Shown: positions 23,730-36,416, counted from the first letter of the whole stretch. The stretch: DNA of 49,369 bases, filler included, from Jimgerdemannia flammicorona (GCA_003990765.1; 2 parts of 2 records of this genome joined end to end with filler, not necessarily neighbours in it), one strand, 5' to 3'. Numbers and translations: made by a program. Notes: generated by a model not told the origin, from the letters alone.

Positions 23730-24486
23730 CTAGTTGTTCAAGGAATCATATTCCTGAACTAGGTCAGTAGCATTCTGGAGATTGGTCTTGGGTTTCCAGG
23801 TTGCATCGTGGATCAGGTAACCTTTCCATTTGACAAGGTACTCAGGGTGGTTCTTGTTACCGCGTTTGTTGAGGATTTGTTCAACTTCATACTCTTCTTG
23901 GTCATTAATGATGACAGGTGCAGGTGGTTTGGTGGTCCGGTTTGGAAATAGCTCGTCATCATTGTCATTGTATCACTTGAGATGTTGAATATTAAAGACT
24001 GGGTGAATCTTAATGGTGTCTGGTAGTGCCAGTTTGTAGGAGGTTGGAGAGACTTGTGCAATGACTTCAAATGGTCCAATGAACTTGCTGTTCAGCTTTG
24101 TAGATGGTCTGTGCTTGAGGTTGTCAACTCGGTATCCTCTGATGTCTAGTAGAACTTTTTCTCCAATATCAAAGGTTTCTTCTCGGCGGTGTTGGTTAAC
24201 ATACTGTGACTGTTGTTCTTGAGCTTGTGATAAATTCTCAATTGCAATCTGGCTTAGATTGTGCATTCAGAGTAGGAATTCTTCAACAGCTTCGACTGTG
24301 GAGAGTTCATCAGTAGTTCGGATAAGCATCCAAGGGGTGTTTGGATTTTGTCCAGTGTTGGCGAAGAATGGGGTCATTCCAAGAGAGGCTTGTTTGCTAT
24401 TGTTGTAGGCAAACTCGACTGCGGTGAGATGTTCATGCCAATCATCTTGTCTGTAGGAGACATAGTTCCTTAGCATTTGTTCCAGA
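23730..24486 (-). pseudogene. integrase C-terminus and chromodomain of B2
   Basis: AVEFAYNNS, KFIGPFEV, IHPVFN, EYEVEQIL..EYLVKWKGY..HDATWKP. Confidence 0.9.
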
Positions 24487-24637
24487 TAGTGCTCCAAACG
24501 AGTCAATTCGAATCAAATCCGGATTCGATTCGTCACATGACGGTTTGATTCGAATCTCAAATCCGAAGCCATCCGGATCAACTCAGATTTAATCCGAATC
24601 GCCCCATCCGAATCGCCCCATCCGAATCACCCATCCG
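24487..24637 (+). mobile_element. left end of a younger hAT copy (D2), cut by the gap
   Basis: Colinear with 16844-16990 but with CpGs intact. Confidence 0.85.
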
Positions 24638-24737
24638 NNNNNNNNNNNNNNNNNNNNNNNNNNNNNNNNNNNNNNNNNNNNTTAATTAATTAANNNNNNN
24701 NNNNNNNNNNNNNNNNNNNNNNNNNNNNNNNNNNNNN
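24638..24737. other. assembly gap with artificial TTAATTAATTAA linker
   Basis: 100-position N run with a central 12-mer giving stops in all six frames. Confidence 0.95.
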
Positions 24738-24957
24738 TTTTTTTATAGTCACTTGGACTCCACTATTTATTTCCATCTATTAATAATTTTACAGTTTTAC
24801 CCTCTCACTACCCGATCCCCATAGGAGTACCACTCTGCCTATTCATACAAACAAAAACCACTTTCGCACTCACAACCCCAATCCTCCCTCTACTCTGCCT
24901 ACAGATTTATTCTACCAAATGACACCTTCGACCCCCTTTCAACCCCCAACCCAGCCA

Positions 24958-27900
24958 TCAGCCCGTCAAGGTGTCTTCCATAAGGCTATGCCACCTCATC
25001 AGCCTGACCTCGGAGCCAAGTTTCCTCCCATCCTCAAATACAAATAGCCAGTGACTGGCCAGCCCCACCCAAATGGCCAAAGCCCACCCTAACGTCAGCC
25101 ATTCCTTCCCCACCCCCCCCTCCAGTCTATCCCTTAAGTCCTCCCATCGCCCCTGCACCTCAGCTCTCCTGCGCACTATTCCCAGATGATCTCTAATGTT
25201 CTGCCAAAAGGAATGAAGTACCTCACACTCTCCTAGCCAATGTTCAGGCATCTATACATATCCCCCTTCCTGCCCTACATTATAACACTCCTCACAGTCG
25301 AAGCAGCCCCCCTTGATAAGGTGACCAGAGCAGAAGTTGAGCATAACATTTCGCCTCAGCACATGCCACCAGACCACCCAGTACTTCAGCAGCAACCACC
25401 TCTGTACCTTGGCACTCCAGGCCCATATGCTATGCCAGTCCCACTCCTCACCGATTCCTACACCCTGCCAACTACTAGGCCACAGATCCTGGCCTGGTCC
25501 CCATTGGCATTTAACCCCATCATCAATGTCAAACTCAAGTAAGGGAACACCACCTAGTAACACTCAGTCCTATCTCCATATTGCTGGATCCCAAGCCTCC
25601 TCCCCTTCATTTCTCTGCTACCTAATCCCAATGCGGTGTGCCCCCTCTGCCACTCCCCACCAGAAGCCTTTGTATCATAGTTGCCCAGAGTTCTGAAGGC
25701 CCACAAGTGCTAGGAGATCACCCATCGAACCTCTCAGAGAGGATCTCATCTCCTAGAATTTCTACAGTAGTGGAACCCAACCACCTCCTCTCAACTCTAC
25801 TGCTCTCTTCAGCCACCAAGCTCTCAAGCAGTGCAGCCTCTTAGGAAAGTCAATCAGCCCAAGTCTCCTACTCACCACTGGTAAGGACAAGACCTCCCAG
25901 TTGATCTGACTCTGCCTTCCAGCCCAGATCCACCCCTTGGCCAGCTTCATCAATTGCTTCACCACCCAAGCTGGGAAGTCTAGATGATAAGCCAGATACT
26001 ATACCTTCGGCAGCCAATAGATATTCAGAATCAAAATGCAGCCCGCCAGAGACAAATAACGGCCCCTCCAACTCCTCAGGGCCTCCTCCCAAATGCCAAC
26101 CTGCTGCTCCCACCAAAGTCTGGACAGAACCGACCCATACACTGACAGAAAAATACCCAAGTACTGCACTGCCTCACCAGCAGGGACAATCATACCAATA
26201 ATCTCCCTGCCCACTAGACCATTGCCTAACACCATTGTTTCGCACTTATGCCAATTAAGCCTAGCCCCAGAGTTCACCTCATACCACTCTACTGTCTTCT
26301 TGAGCTCCTCAACATCCGCAACTGATCTCAGACTGACCACCATGTTATCTGCAAATGCCCCTACTTTCCACCTGATGCCAAAGATAGAGAGCCCTACTAT
26401 CTTCTGCCATATTCTGTCCATGAAGGGCTCCAGAGACAAAGCATACAAAATGGGGGACAGTGAGTCCCCCTGGGGCGCCCCCCTACCCAGGGGAAATGCT
26501 ACCCCTCTATGTCCATTACACATGAGTACTGCCCTACTTCCTTCCAATAGACTGACCATAGCGGTCCTGAACTATCATGGGACCCCAATCCTATCCAAAA
26601 CTTTTGCCAACCAGACCTATCGCACCTGGTCATAGGCCTTCTCCTAGTCCAAAAAGACCAGATGCCCATCCAGTCTACTGGCTCGCACCCCTTCAATAAC
26701 TCCATGTACCCATGCTATACTATCCCTGATGAGCCGGCCTCCAACAAAGCCCCGCTGCTCCTCACTCAAGACTTGCTAGGCTACCTTTTGCAATCTTGCA
26801 ACCACCACTTTGGTAACCAACTTTCTGTCCATATCCAGTAGCATAATCAGCCTCTAGTTCTTCTAGTTCTCTTGGCTTCCTTTGTTCTTATAAAGCAATG
26901 TCACCAACCCTAGATCCTGTTCTCCCACCCATCTCCCTATCTATAGAATCCAATCACACAATGCCCTTATCTCTCTCACTATTCCAGAGACTCCCACTAT
27001 TCTTTTCCAGAAGTCCCAGGGCAGACCATCCTCTCCAGGTGCCATACCCAAGGTTGTCGCAGCAAGAACCTGGTGGATCTCCTCCTCTAGCACTGGCAGT
27101 ACTAAGTCATCCAACCCAGCTACTCGAGTAGAGTGCCAATCCTCCAAGGCCTGATCAATGTCCTCAGCATCTGCCCCACCCTCCTCCTCACTCCACAATC
27201 CACTCCAATGCTCCTTTAAGGAGCCAAGAATGTCTTGTACCCCATGTACCAATGAACCATCAGCATTAAGCACCCCCTCCCACCTTTGCTGCACTCTTCT
27301 CACCTGAAGGGCCCTTGAAAGATACTTCAAGAGCCACTCTCCTTCCTCCAGCCCCTGCCAATGAAGCCATGCTGCCAGACCCTGGACCCTAGCCTCCTCC
27401 TCAATCTGCAGCACCTATTGTAGTTCAGCCACCTCTATTTGTAACCTTATTGAACACCAGTCCTCCTCTCCCTCCAATGTCGCCAGTCTTGCCCAGTCCC
27501 CCAAGAGTCTAGATAGTCTACGCACCACACCTGCTGCCTCCTCTGTCTCCCCGCCTCCAAACCAGCCTCACTCCAGAAGGCCCTGGCTATCTTCTTCATC
27601 CTCATCCACTGAATATCGACTGTGACACCTTCCACTCCACCTGCATTTGAATAACTTTGGCCCATTTACCCCACCTGATCTTGTCATCTAGTAGGGAGGA
27701 ATTGAGATGCCAATGTCCAGGCCCATCCCCACTTCCCCCAAAATGTCCCTGCCCCAAAAGCCCCCAATGATCTGACCAAAGACACCATTCCACCTCCAAT
27801 GACTTTCAAACATCCAGGCCCCAGCAGCTGGCCATCAGAATCCAATCAATCCTTGTCCCCAGGCCTCTGGCCCAGTGTGTGTACACCTTCCTATTCCCCC

Positions 27901-28447
27901 AACATTCTCTACCTGCATCTACCAGAGCACTAAGTCTCTCCACTTCCTCCCATACTGCCAGTTCTCCACTCTGCCCCACAGCACCTTGTCCTCCATCAGT
28001 TCTATTCCTCAATATGTCTCTGACCATATTGAAGTCCCCACCCAGCACATCTACCCCAACCTCCATAAGAATCCCACTCTCCTGTAGGTCCGTCACCCAG
28101 TTCACCCACTTGCCCTGTACCACAGAGCAGTAACAGGAGTCCACCATGACTAGCTCCCAATCTGCATGTATCCACTCTCCCCAGACCAATCTATCCCCCC
28201 AGCTCTGCACATCCTGTATCTCCCCTCTGCCCTTCTGCACCAGAATTTCAACCTTGCCCTTCCAAACTACCTCACCTCCCCACTCCTTCATCCATTCCAG
28301 TCTATCCAAGTCATCCTCACACCTGACATCCTGCAAGAGGAAGAGATCAGCCTCCAATCCCTTCAGCCAAGTAAAAATGTTCTTACATCAATAAGCACCC
28401 CATAACCCATTTATGTTCAAAGAAAAAATGTTGGTTGTACTATTCAT
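24958..28447 (-). pseudogene. LINE ORF2: APE endonuclease - RT - C-terminal Cys/His motif
   Basis: SLNINGL, DLFLLQD, VLGGDFN, TRIDWIL, SDH; APGEDGLP, QGDSLSP, FADN, YLG; CFDC...EHWLGEC; stops and frameshifts. Confidence 0.92.
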
Positions 28448-28478
28448 AAGAGAGATTATATAGTTCCAGATGCACCCT

Positions 28479-30512
28479 CTACTGCTCCATGTCCACTTCC
28501 TCTTGTGCCCTGTCCAGGTTGCGCTCAGCAGTAGCTTCAGCTTCCTTGATCCTCTTAGCCTCCAATTCAGCCAGGATTTCAGTCGTCTCCCCATCCTCCT
28601 TTTTCTCAAACTCCTTGCAGTACTCCAAACAGACCTCCTGCCAGAGCTGCAACCCATGCCTCTTGGTCCAACAGTGGGCAGCCCACTCACATGCCACAAT
28701 TGCCAGCATAGCTTCCCTCTCCTTATCTACCTCATACCCCTCCTCCTCCAAGTATACTGCCAGAATCTCTGCCTTCAATGCCACCTCCACTCCATCACCT
28801 TGCAGGATCTCTGCCCAATGCTCATCACTCATCACTCGAAGGTCAACCTCCCCCAGCTCTTCTGCTGCCAAGTTGTTCATCATCTGGTATACCCAGAGCA
28901 AGTTTCCTACCTCCTTCCCTCCTGGGGTTGCTGGCCTCCTTCCATCCAACATCATAGTATCAGCCCCCACACTTGCTGACTTATTCCATCTCTCCTCTGG
29001 GACATCCACCAATTCCTCTTCCCCAGTTGCCTCTACCAATCCCCCCTTCTCAACATTTGGGACTCCAAAGTGCACCTGCTGAGCACCATACATCGGCACA
29101 TTGTCCACCACCCTACCTCTCACCGCCAGACCCCTTCTGATAAGGGGAGAGGGTGAAGGTGAATCCTCCCAGGTTTCCTCCCAAACCTCCAGTGTGCCAT
29201 CTTCATACAGATTCTTGTTCAGCATCTTTACAGTCTCCACCTGCCCCCCCTCCTCATTCCTTCCACTACTAGCAGCCCAGACACTCACCTCAGCACCTCC
29301 AGTAGTTACACTATCACCCACCTTCCTTGTCACCTCCGCCCCCATTTTTGCTAACAATTCCCTCTGCCTTCTACGCCCTTGGGACCTCTCCCACACCTCC
29401 ATGTTGATATGGACTCGCTTTCCTCCAACCACCTCAAGATGTGTCACCGCCTCAAATGCTTTCCATGCTTTTGCCCTCCTCTCAACTACTCCACTCAACT
29501 CTTCCAGTGCCTCCAGCAAATCCTCCTCCTCCTCCTTGCTCCCCTTTACTCTTGTTACCTTGTGCAAGATAGCCCCCCACATCATCACTAAGGGCCAGTC
29601 CCAAGCCTTCCCAGTAGCCTCCCACCCAGCCAGCCGAATCCTGACATCAACATCACCAGTCCAGAGGGAGGTTCCTTCCCACACTCTGAACCCAATATCA
29701 ACCATCTCTCCATACTCCGCCATAATCTCCTCAACTCTCTTCCTCATCTCTACAGCAGTAACAGTGGGAACTCCTTTCACCAGAAGTTGCACTACTCTTG
29801 GGTCCCACCACAGGCATCTCACCATTGGTACATATACTTCGCCCACTTTCATTCCAGCCTTCAAAGCCTCCTCCAGTGGCCCAGTCTCCTCAAATCCCAC
29901 CTCCACCCCTTCTAGGCCCTTCAGGAACTTAACCGATGCCACCCCACTCATCTGCTTCACAATCAGCCCTAGAACCATTTTTGTCATCACCGCCAAGCCC
30001 TGGAAACACATCATGACTGCAAATTCTGAGATCAACTTCTTGAGTAACAGAGCTACTGTCAGTTCTGTTACACCATCTGCCAGGTCCCCAGGCCTCGTGC
30101 CCTTCCCACTGCTCAGTTCACCATCAGCAGTCCCATCTAGATTTTTTTCCAGATTGCCTGTCACACCCCCATCAGCAGTCTCCACCCCAGCTGCTACCCC
30201 CCCTGCTCCACCCCTATGGCCCTCCAGAGAGGTACCCCCAAGAGGTTGCTACCTGGTTGCCCTCACTGGCACCTTTCCCCCCCTCAGCCAGCTCTCCAGT
30301 CCAGCTCCCTGCTGACCCCCCTTCACCTTCTCTGCAAAGCTCACTCTGCCAGACCCTTGACTGCCAGCTCTGCCCCCTCCTTCACCACAGCCTCCCACCA
30401 GCAGGCCCCTCATGCTTCCCCCCAAGCCAGGGCCTCTCCCCACTTGCTGCCATTCAAAAGCTCCAGGGCTACCCTGCCCAGTACGCACCTCAGGAAGCTC
30501 GTTGGTCACCAT
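28479..30512 (-). pseudogene. LINE ORF1 (678 codons, one internal TAG at 30249)
   Basis: ORF-track 30249-30512 and 28479-30185 are in frame; SFAEKVK motif, RRM-like LLVKGVP..EYGEMV..WTG region, acidic coiled-coil-like tail; directly upstream of ORF2. Confidence 0.82.
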
Positions 30513-30610
30513 GATACTAGTAGCTTGTCTCCAGAAACTATATCAAAAGTGTTGCCAAAAGATTGTGTAACCTGAATGTTACCAGAGAAAGATGGCATGC
30601 CTCAATATAT

Positions 30611-31339
30611 TTATTATACATCTCGCGTATGTTGATGTCACGTGGGATGATGTCATCGCTGATAACATCATCACGTTTGGCTGTGGTGGGAAAATCAGAA
30701 ACAAGATCTGGAGCTCTCCAGTCTATGAGGTTCCCTTCCACAAAATAGGGAACAAATATGGGGTCTTGGAGAGGTCTAACCTGGATGCTTGGGCCTTGGA
30801 ATACTGAGATCAATCCTTGCAGGAATTGGTCTGGGTTGTTCTGAAGGATAGAATGCCAGAAGTCTTCTACTTCTTCACTGTTGAGGGTGATAGTGAACTG
30901 GGCTTCTGTAGCCACCCTGGCTTCAAGTGCATTGATACAGTGGGATGATAGGTCTCTGAAGTCTGAGACTCTAACATACTTCAAGTTGGAGATTGACCAT
31001 GATGCATGCCTGAAGATCTGATGCATCTTCTTAGCTGTCCTTGTTTCATATATATCCATGGGAGTGGCATCTTGTAGCTCTTGGGTGCTGGCTTTTGGGA
31101 ACTCCTGGCAGAGGAGGTTTCCTATTTCATACTCCTGCCACATTTGGAGGCATTCAGTAGCAATAGTGATCCTTGTTTCCATTTCATGGTGGTAGAGAAT
31201 GAAGTAATAAGGGTCTGCAGTAACTAGGAGTCCTTCTTGAGTAAGTCCTCATGGCTCTTCTGATGTCTTGGAACATCCTTTCCTCAACCGAGATACCTTG
31301 GTGATTCCTTGACCTTGAGGTTTGGCGTGCAGCAGGCAT
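30611..31339 (-). pseudogene. U3 ORF in the A2 3' LTR
   Basis: ~190 uninterrupted codons from 31182; small deletion near 31222. Confidence 0.78.
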
Positions 31340-31581
31340 TTTGTTTATGGTAAGTCTTTGAGCTATTTTGGGATTAGTGGTTCTTGTTGGTGGCTACTAC
31401 TGCAGTTTCTTGATCCTTCTTTTATATTCTTCAGGATACTTGTACTGTAGTCACAATGACTCACAGTTGGTCATCATTGCTCATCTCATATACCATATGA
31501 TCTTCTTGTGCTCCAATCTGGTGGCTTGCAAGGAAAGGCTGTCTCCTGTGCTGATATCATCATTCTGGGGTCACTGTTACA
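30611..31581 (-). repeat. partial 3' LTR of A2
   Basis: PPT AGGAGGAAGA (31582-31591) then TGTAACAGTGA; homology stops near 30611 at the LINE. Confidence 0.9.
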
Positions 31582-31894
31582 TCTTCCTCCTGAATAAGGA
31601 TCTTCCTGAGCATCCTTATTCATTGGTCTAGTTCTGAAAAAATTGCTGATCCCATAACCTCTGGCAAGGGGTCGAAAACTGGTGTTTATGGGCTAGCATC
31701 TTCCCTTTATATTTTGGCATAATGGTGAAGGGTTGCTCCCTTCATATAGAGCAAGGGCCTGATTCTGATCTTGACCAATCAGTTGATAGTTCAAACTCCT
31801 CTGACTTCGAAAGTCTCACAAATGAGTAGTTGCCAGTGCTGTATCTCTTAGAGAATGGTCCAGACAGATAGCCTGCTGGTCACAGGACATGCTG

Positions 31895-33135
31895 TTATGA
31901 TTCACGGACTAGAACCTCATGGGCGGTTATCACATTTTGCTTTTTTTGTATAGATTCATGATACTTCTTAAGTCTGTTCCTATATACTATAGTAGGCAGT
32001 ATGGTCTCTGAGATTTTTCTAAGCCAGAAGGTAGTTCTCTTGATATCTTGCATGTAGAAGGGTCCTTCCCATTTGGGCTCCAGTTTTTGTAACTATGAGG
32101 CTTCTACTATATTTCGATATAGTAGAATCTTTTCTCCGATTCGGATGGGTTCTAGGGCCTTGTGATTCTTTTCTGCATTCTTCCTTGTCAGTGCTTGTGA
32201 CTTGGTGATATAATCTTCAGCCTTCTTCCTGATTTGGTGTAGTCTCTGGATTTCTGCATCAACCCATCTCTAAGTTAGGTCTAGATTTGTGGCTGAGATT
32301 CCATCAGAATCTTCTTCTCCGAAGAGCAGCTCTCTTGGGGTAAAATGTGTGCTCTGTGACTGTATGTCTCGTAGAACAGAGAGGGCAGTTGGGAGATAGT
32401 TATCTCAATTCTCATATGTCTCTGAGATCTTTGCTAGGATGTTCTTGAGGTCTTGTTGGTTCTCTCTGTCTGTCCATTTCCTTGAGGGTGGTATGTGGTG
32501 GTCTTGATATGCTGGATCTTATATTTCTGATATATTATCTCATGGAATCCATTGACAAATTCTGTGCCACAGTCTGTTGTGATTTGCTTTGGTGTCTTGT
32601 AGTGGCAGATGATTTCTCAGTATAGGAAGTCAGCTATAGCACTGGCTTCTTGTAGTGCTCCTGCCTCTATCCATTTGGTGAAGAGGTCTACAATAACTAT
32701 AATATAGTAATTTCCTAATAATATTACTAGTAGTGATCTAATGATATCTATTGTAATGTGGTGGAAGAGGATAGGCTCAATTCTTGATGACCCAGGTGCC
32801 TGGTCTTGCTGATCTTGTTTCTGTTTTTGGCACTTGTCACACCCTTTGACAAATTGGTGCAGGTCTTCTTCTATCTTGGGCCACTACATAGTTCTTCTTG
32901 CCTTGTCATATATGTTGGTTCCTCCTAAGTATCCTTGCTCATGTACTTCCTTCATTACTTGATACTTCTTATGTTCAGATATTACTAGCTTTCCTCCTTT
33001 TCTGAGTGTAGTGTTGTCTAATTCAAACTGTTTCCAAGTCTAGTTGATGATGGTAATTGTCCAGAGTTTGAGGTGGTTGGACATCTTCTGCTGCCCAAGA
33101 TAGCTGATTAATCCATAGTATAGCTCCTTATTCAT
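31895..33135 (-). pseudogene. integrase of A2 with its own ATG
   Basis: MNKELYYGLISYL, HEQG.LG, CDKCQ, VDLFTKW, YHPQGNGQTER, PKWEGPFY. Confidence 0.9.
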
Positions 33136-33925
33136 GTTGAGTGGTCTTGATGGAGGTGTTTTGGGGTATCCTTGAGAGTGTATTGGCATTGGTGTTGGTC
33201 TTTCCTGAGTGGTACTTGATAGTATAGTTATACTCTTGCAGCCTGTAGATCCATCTAGCATATATTCCTTTGGGGTTCAGAGTGTAGAATAGCCAGGCAA
33301 GAGCGGAATGGTCCATTTGAATGGTGAAGTATTTTCCAGCTAGGTAGTAGTGGAACTTGTCTACTGCCCAAACTACCACTAAGTATTCAAGCTTACATGA
33401 CTCGTAGTTCTGTTCCACTCCATGGGTACCTCGGCTTGCATAGGAGATGACATATTCATGTCCATCTTTCTTCTGAGCTAGGACTGCTCCAAGCTCTATA
33501 GTACTTGCATCTGTCTGCAGGATGAATTCTAGGTTCCAGTCTGGTCTTCTGAGGATAGGTGCTTGGGTCAACCTGATCTTGAGTTTATTGAAGGTTTCTT
33601 GGCACTCCTTGGTCTATTCGAATTTGGTCTCCTTCTTCAGTAGCTCATAGATAGGTGCTGTAATGTTGGAGTATCCTTTGATGAATCTTCTGTAGTAGCT
33701 GGCCAGTCCAAGGAAGGTGTGGACTTCTGTGGTTGTTCTGGGTCTTGGGTAGGCTGCAACAGCCTCAATCTCTATAGAGTCTGTGTGGATTCTGGTCTGG
33801 TTGATGAGGTATCCTAGGTAGGCAATTTCTTGAGCTACAAACTTACATTTCTTAGGCTTGATGTAGAGGCCATGCTCCTTGAGCCTCTTGAGGGCTAGCT
33901 GTATGTGATTGACATGTTCCTGTGC
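33128..33925 (-). pseudogene. RT C-terminus and RNase H of A2
   Basis: KPKKCKF, YLG, FLGLASYYRRFI, LQTDAS, ARWIYRLQEY. Confidence 0.92.
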
Positions 33926-35990
33926 TGTAAGAGGGTTGCTTTTTAGGGTAACCATTACATAGTTCTGGAAGGGTTTTCTGGAAGTTCTGAATATTCTGAA
34001 AGACTGTTTTCTTATGGTCAAGATCAATTTCATATGAAGTACGTCCTCTACACTTATTGATTTCAAGATCAGGTTGACGTCTCAACCAAAGTCCTTTTTC
34101 AGACTAGTTCTGGATATTCGGATTTTCCGTATTTCAGGAAGTTCAAGAAACTAAGACCAGCTTAGTTGAATTGGTATATTGCTACAGACAATACCCAATT
34201 AAGAAATTTCGTGATGGGGTTAGGAATGGGACCTAACAGGGAGTGGATTTACTTAAGAGTAGTTTGTGGATTATTAAATAGATTTATTTGCTATTTATGA
34301 TATTGCTATACTAGGAGTAGTTATATGGAGGGATATTGTGGAGAAGTGTTCAGGAATGTTCTTATGTATTCGAGTCTAAGATTCTGAGGTCTGGGGGAGG
34401 GAGTATTTATATTAGTGAGAGGCTATCTGGACTATGCTGAATATGGATATACATAGCACTAAGTACCTTGCTGAGTCAGAATGCAGTCATATAGTACAAG
34501 TGTGATCTGACATATCAAGAGATCATCTGGCTGCTGAGTCAGTTCACAGTCACATCATATAAGGCTAATCTAACTATACTATGACTGCTAGGCTATTTAT
34601 GAGTTTAGGCACTATCTGGGTAGTCCTCAATGACATCACTATCAATTGCATCATCTCTGATGAAGTAGTTATCTAGGAAGAGTGGTTTGCGGATTACTTC
34701 TCCTTGTTCGCTGAGGTAATAATATATTGGAACTTTGTCTCTATCCCACAAGATGGCATCATCAGTCTCATATGCTGGATAAGGTATTGGTGGGCAAAGG
34801 AGGGGTGCATCATCTTCACTTTTGTCAGATTTGCTGTCTGCATACTTTCTGTAGGTTATAGCACTATGAGTCATGGGGTTGTAGTAAGCTGGTGGCTGTG
34901 GTTCATGTTGCTCATACTTAGGTGGTGGAGTGGTTGGTTCAATCTCGAGAGTTGTCTGGAGGTACAGGTTGTGTTCTCCAGTCTCTTCATTGTAGTTGAA
35001 GTAATCAGGAGTAAACGTGGGTTGGTATTCATGCCAGTGGTCATTGTCCCAATAAGTCTCGTATGCTGTTATGAATTGTTGTAAGTTCATCGGTAAGGTT
35101 GGTGGTGTGATCAGAGTTGGCAGAGATCCTTGGCTAGAGGTCATGTTGGCATCAGAGAGATCATTGTCTTCTGCTTTGTCTTCATTGAAGTGGATTATAT
35201 CATAGATGTCCTTCATGGTGTATCCAACTTGGGACATTTGCAGGATATGATCATTGGGGTGTGGGAAGGTTCTATCTGTGGTTTCGACATACTCGAGGTA
35301 CTTGTGGTTGAGTTCTTGTATCATGTTGTCGATTTGGCCATAGGATAGAGTAGCAACCATTTCAGCTGTGGTAACTCGGAGGCAGGGAATAACAGTACTA
35401 TACTTGTAGAAGAGTTCTCGATGTTTGTGGGCAATGAGCTTCTGGTGTTGAGACATCTGGGTAATGTCTGTATCATGGTGGTGTTTGATCATATCTTCCA
35501 GGAGGTGGCTGATCTGGTAGTAGCTTGAGATTTATCCAATTCAGTAGGCCTCGCTAAGTATGTTCAGAGCATTCCATCGGGCTTCTACAAAGTAGAGGGG
35601 TGCTAGACTATGGATATTCATGAGGGGTAGAGGGGGTGTGGCTCCATTGACAATGGTATTCCAAATGTCAGCGCAGACATAGGTATAGATCTTGGTGGTC
35701 ATATTTGTGTGTTTGGAAGTTGTAGTTGTTGTTTGTTTTAGTTCTCTGATTCGACGTATCTTAGTGCTCGGTATATATGCATTTGATTCTGATTGGTAAG
35801 ATTCTGTTTATGTAAATCTTGTGTTCTGTGACTTCGTATTGACTCAGCTTTATGCACTGTGACTTCGGTTTGACTCAGCTTTGTGATCAAGCAAGTAATT
35901 TCCAGATTTGTTCAGAGGTTATGTGTAATTTCAGTGGCTTGTTCAGAGGGTGATGTGTAATTTCAGTGGCTTAGAGGTTGTATGCTTACA
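33926..35990 (-). repeat. 3' LTR of B1 (2065 bp)
   Basis: TGTAAG...CTTACA; TATAAATA near 34405 on the minus strand. Confidence 0.95.
34605..35702 (-). pseudogene. U3-encoded ORF of family B (365 codons, unknown function)
   Basis: 295-aa open segment plus 70 upstream codons with two stops (TGA, TAA) that are sense in B2. Confidence 0.82.
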
Positions 35991-36004
35991 ACTCTCCCCT
36001 TCTT
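35991..36004 (-). promoter_or_regulatory. polypurine tract of B1
   Basis: AAGAAGGGGAGAGT before the 3' LTR; same in B2 (23590-23603). Confidence 0.85.
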
Positions 36005-36416
36005 AGCTTTCGACATCCTCGTTGGGGCCTTCTAATTTTGTTCTAGTGTTGTTACACCATTTGGGAGGTCAAAAGTCCAGTAAAGTCTATTTTTTCAGAA
36101 AGTGGCATGCTCATAGTACAGTTGCCTAATGCATTGGATTCATATATTAAAGAGTTGTGTGTTCAATGCTGTATGCTGGAAGTGATTCTGATGTCATTCA
36201 CTGCTGGAGAATTTCCTCTAAGGAATCTTCTTAAATGTCTATGCCTTGTTTCCCACCAGTGGTATGGGGAGAATGGGCTTGCTTTCAGTTTTGTTATTTT
36301 TCCAGAGGGTCAGTATTCTTGTCTTATTTTGCTGAGTTCTTGGTTTGGTTTGCAATAATTATAATATTTAGAGGAATAATATATAGTATGTATGGATAGG
36401 TGCAGAGTATTTGGTT

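Larger units (their letters stand above)
22376..24486 (-). mobile_element. 3' fragment of chromoviral family B (copy B2): IN C-terminus, chromodomain, PPT, deleted 3' LTR
   Basis: Colinear with 33926-37170; inserted in the LINE RT, interrupted by the hAT end at 24487. Confidence 0.9.
24738..30605 (-). mobile_element. near full-length L1/Tx1-like LINE (ORF1, ORF2, 3' UTR, poly(A))
   Basis: T-run at 24738, AATAAA near 24770 on the minus strand, two ORFs; 5' end abuts the truncated 3' LTR of A2. Confidence 0.92.

Noticed and set aside
24682..24693. TTAATTAATTAA palindrome inside the N run
   Set aside because: Artificial six-frame-stop contig linker; adjacency across the gap is unproven
28470..30575. 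Long plus-strand ORFs (404, 197, 169 aa) antisense to LINE ORF1
   Set aside because: Ser/Pro/Thr-rich shadows of a G-rich coding strand with no recognisable motif
33614..34085. 150-aa ORF with a novel N-terminus fused to RT
   Set aside because: Chance read-through from the B1 LTR end into the interrupted A2 RT
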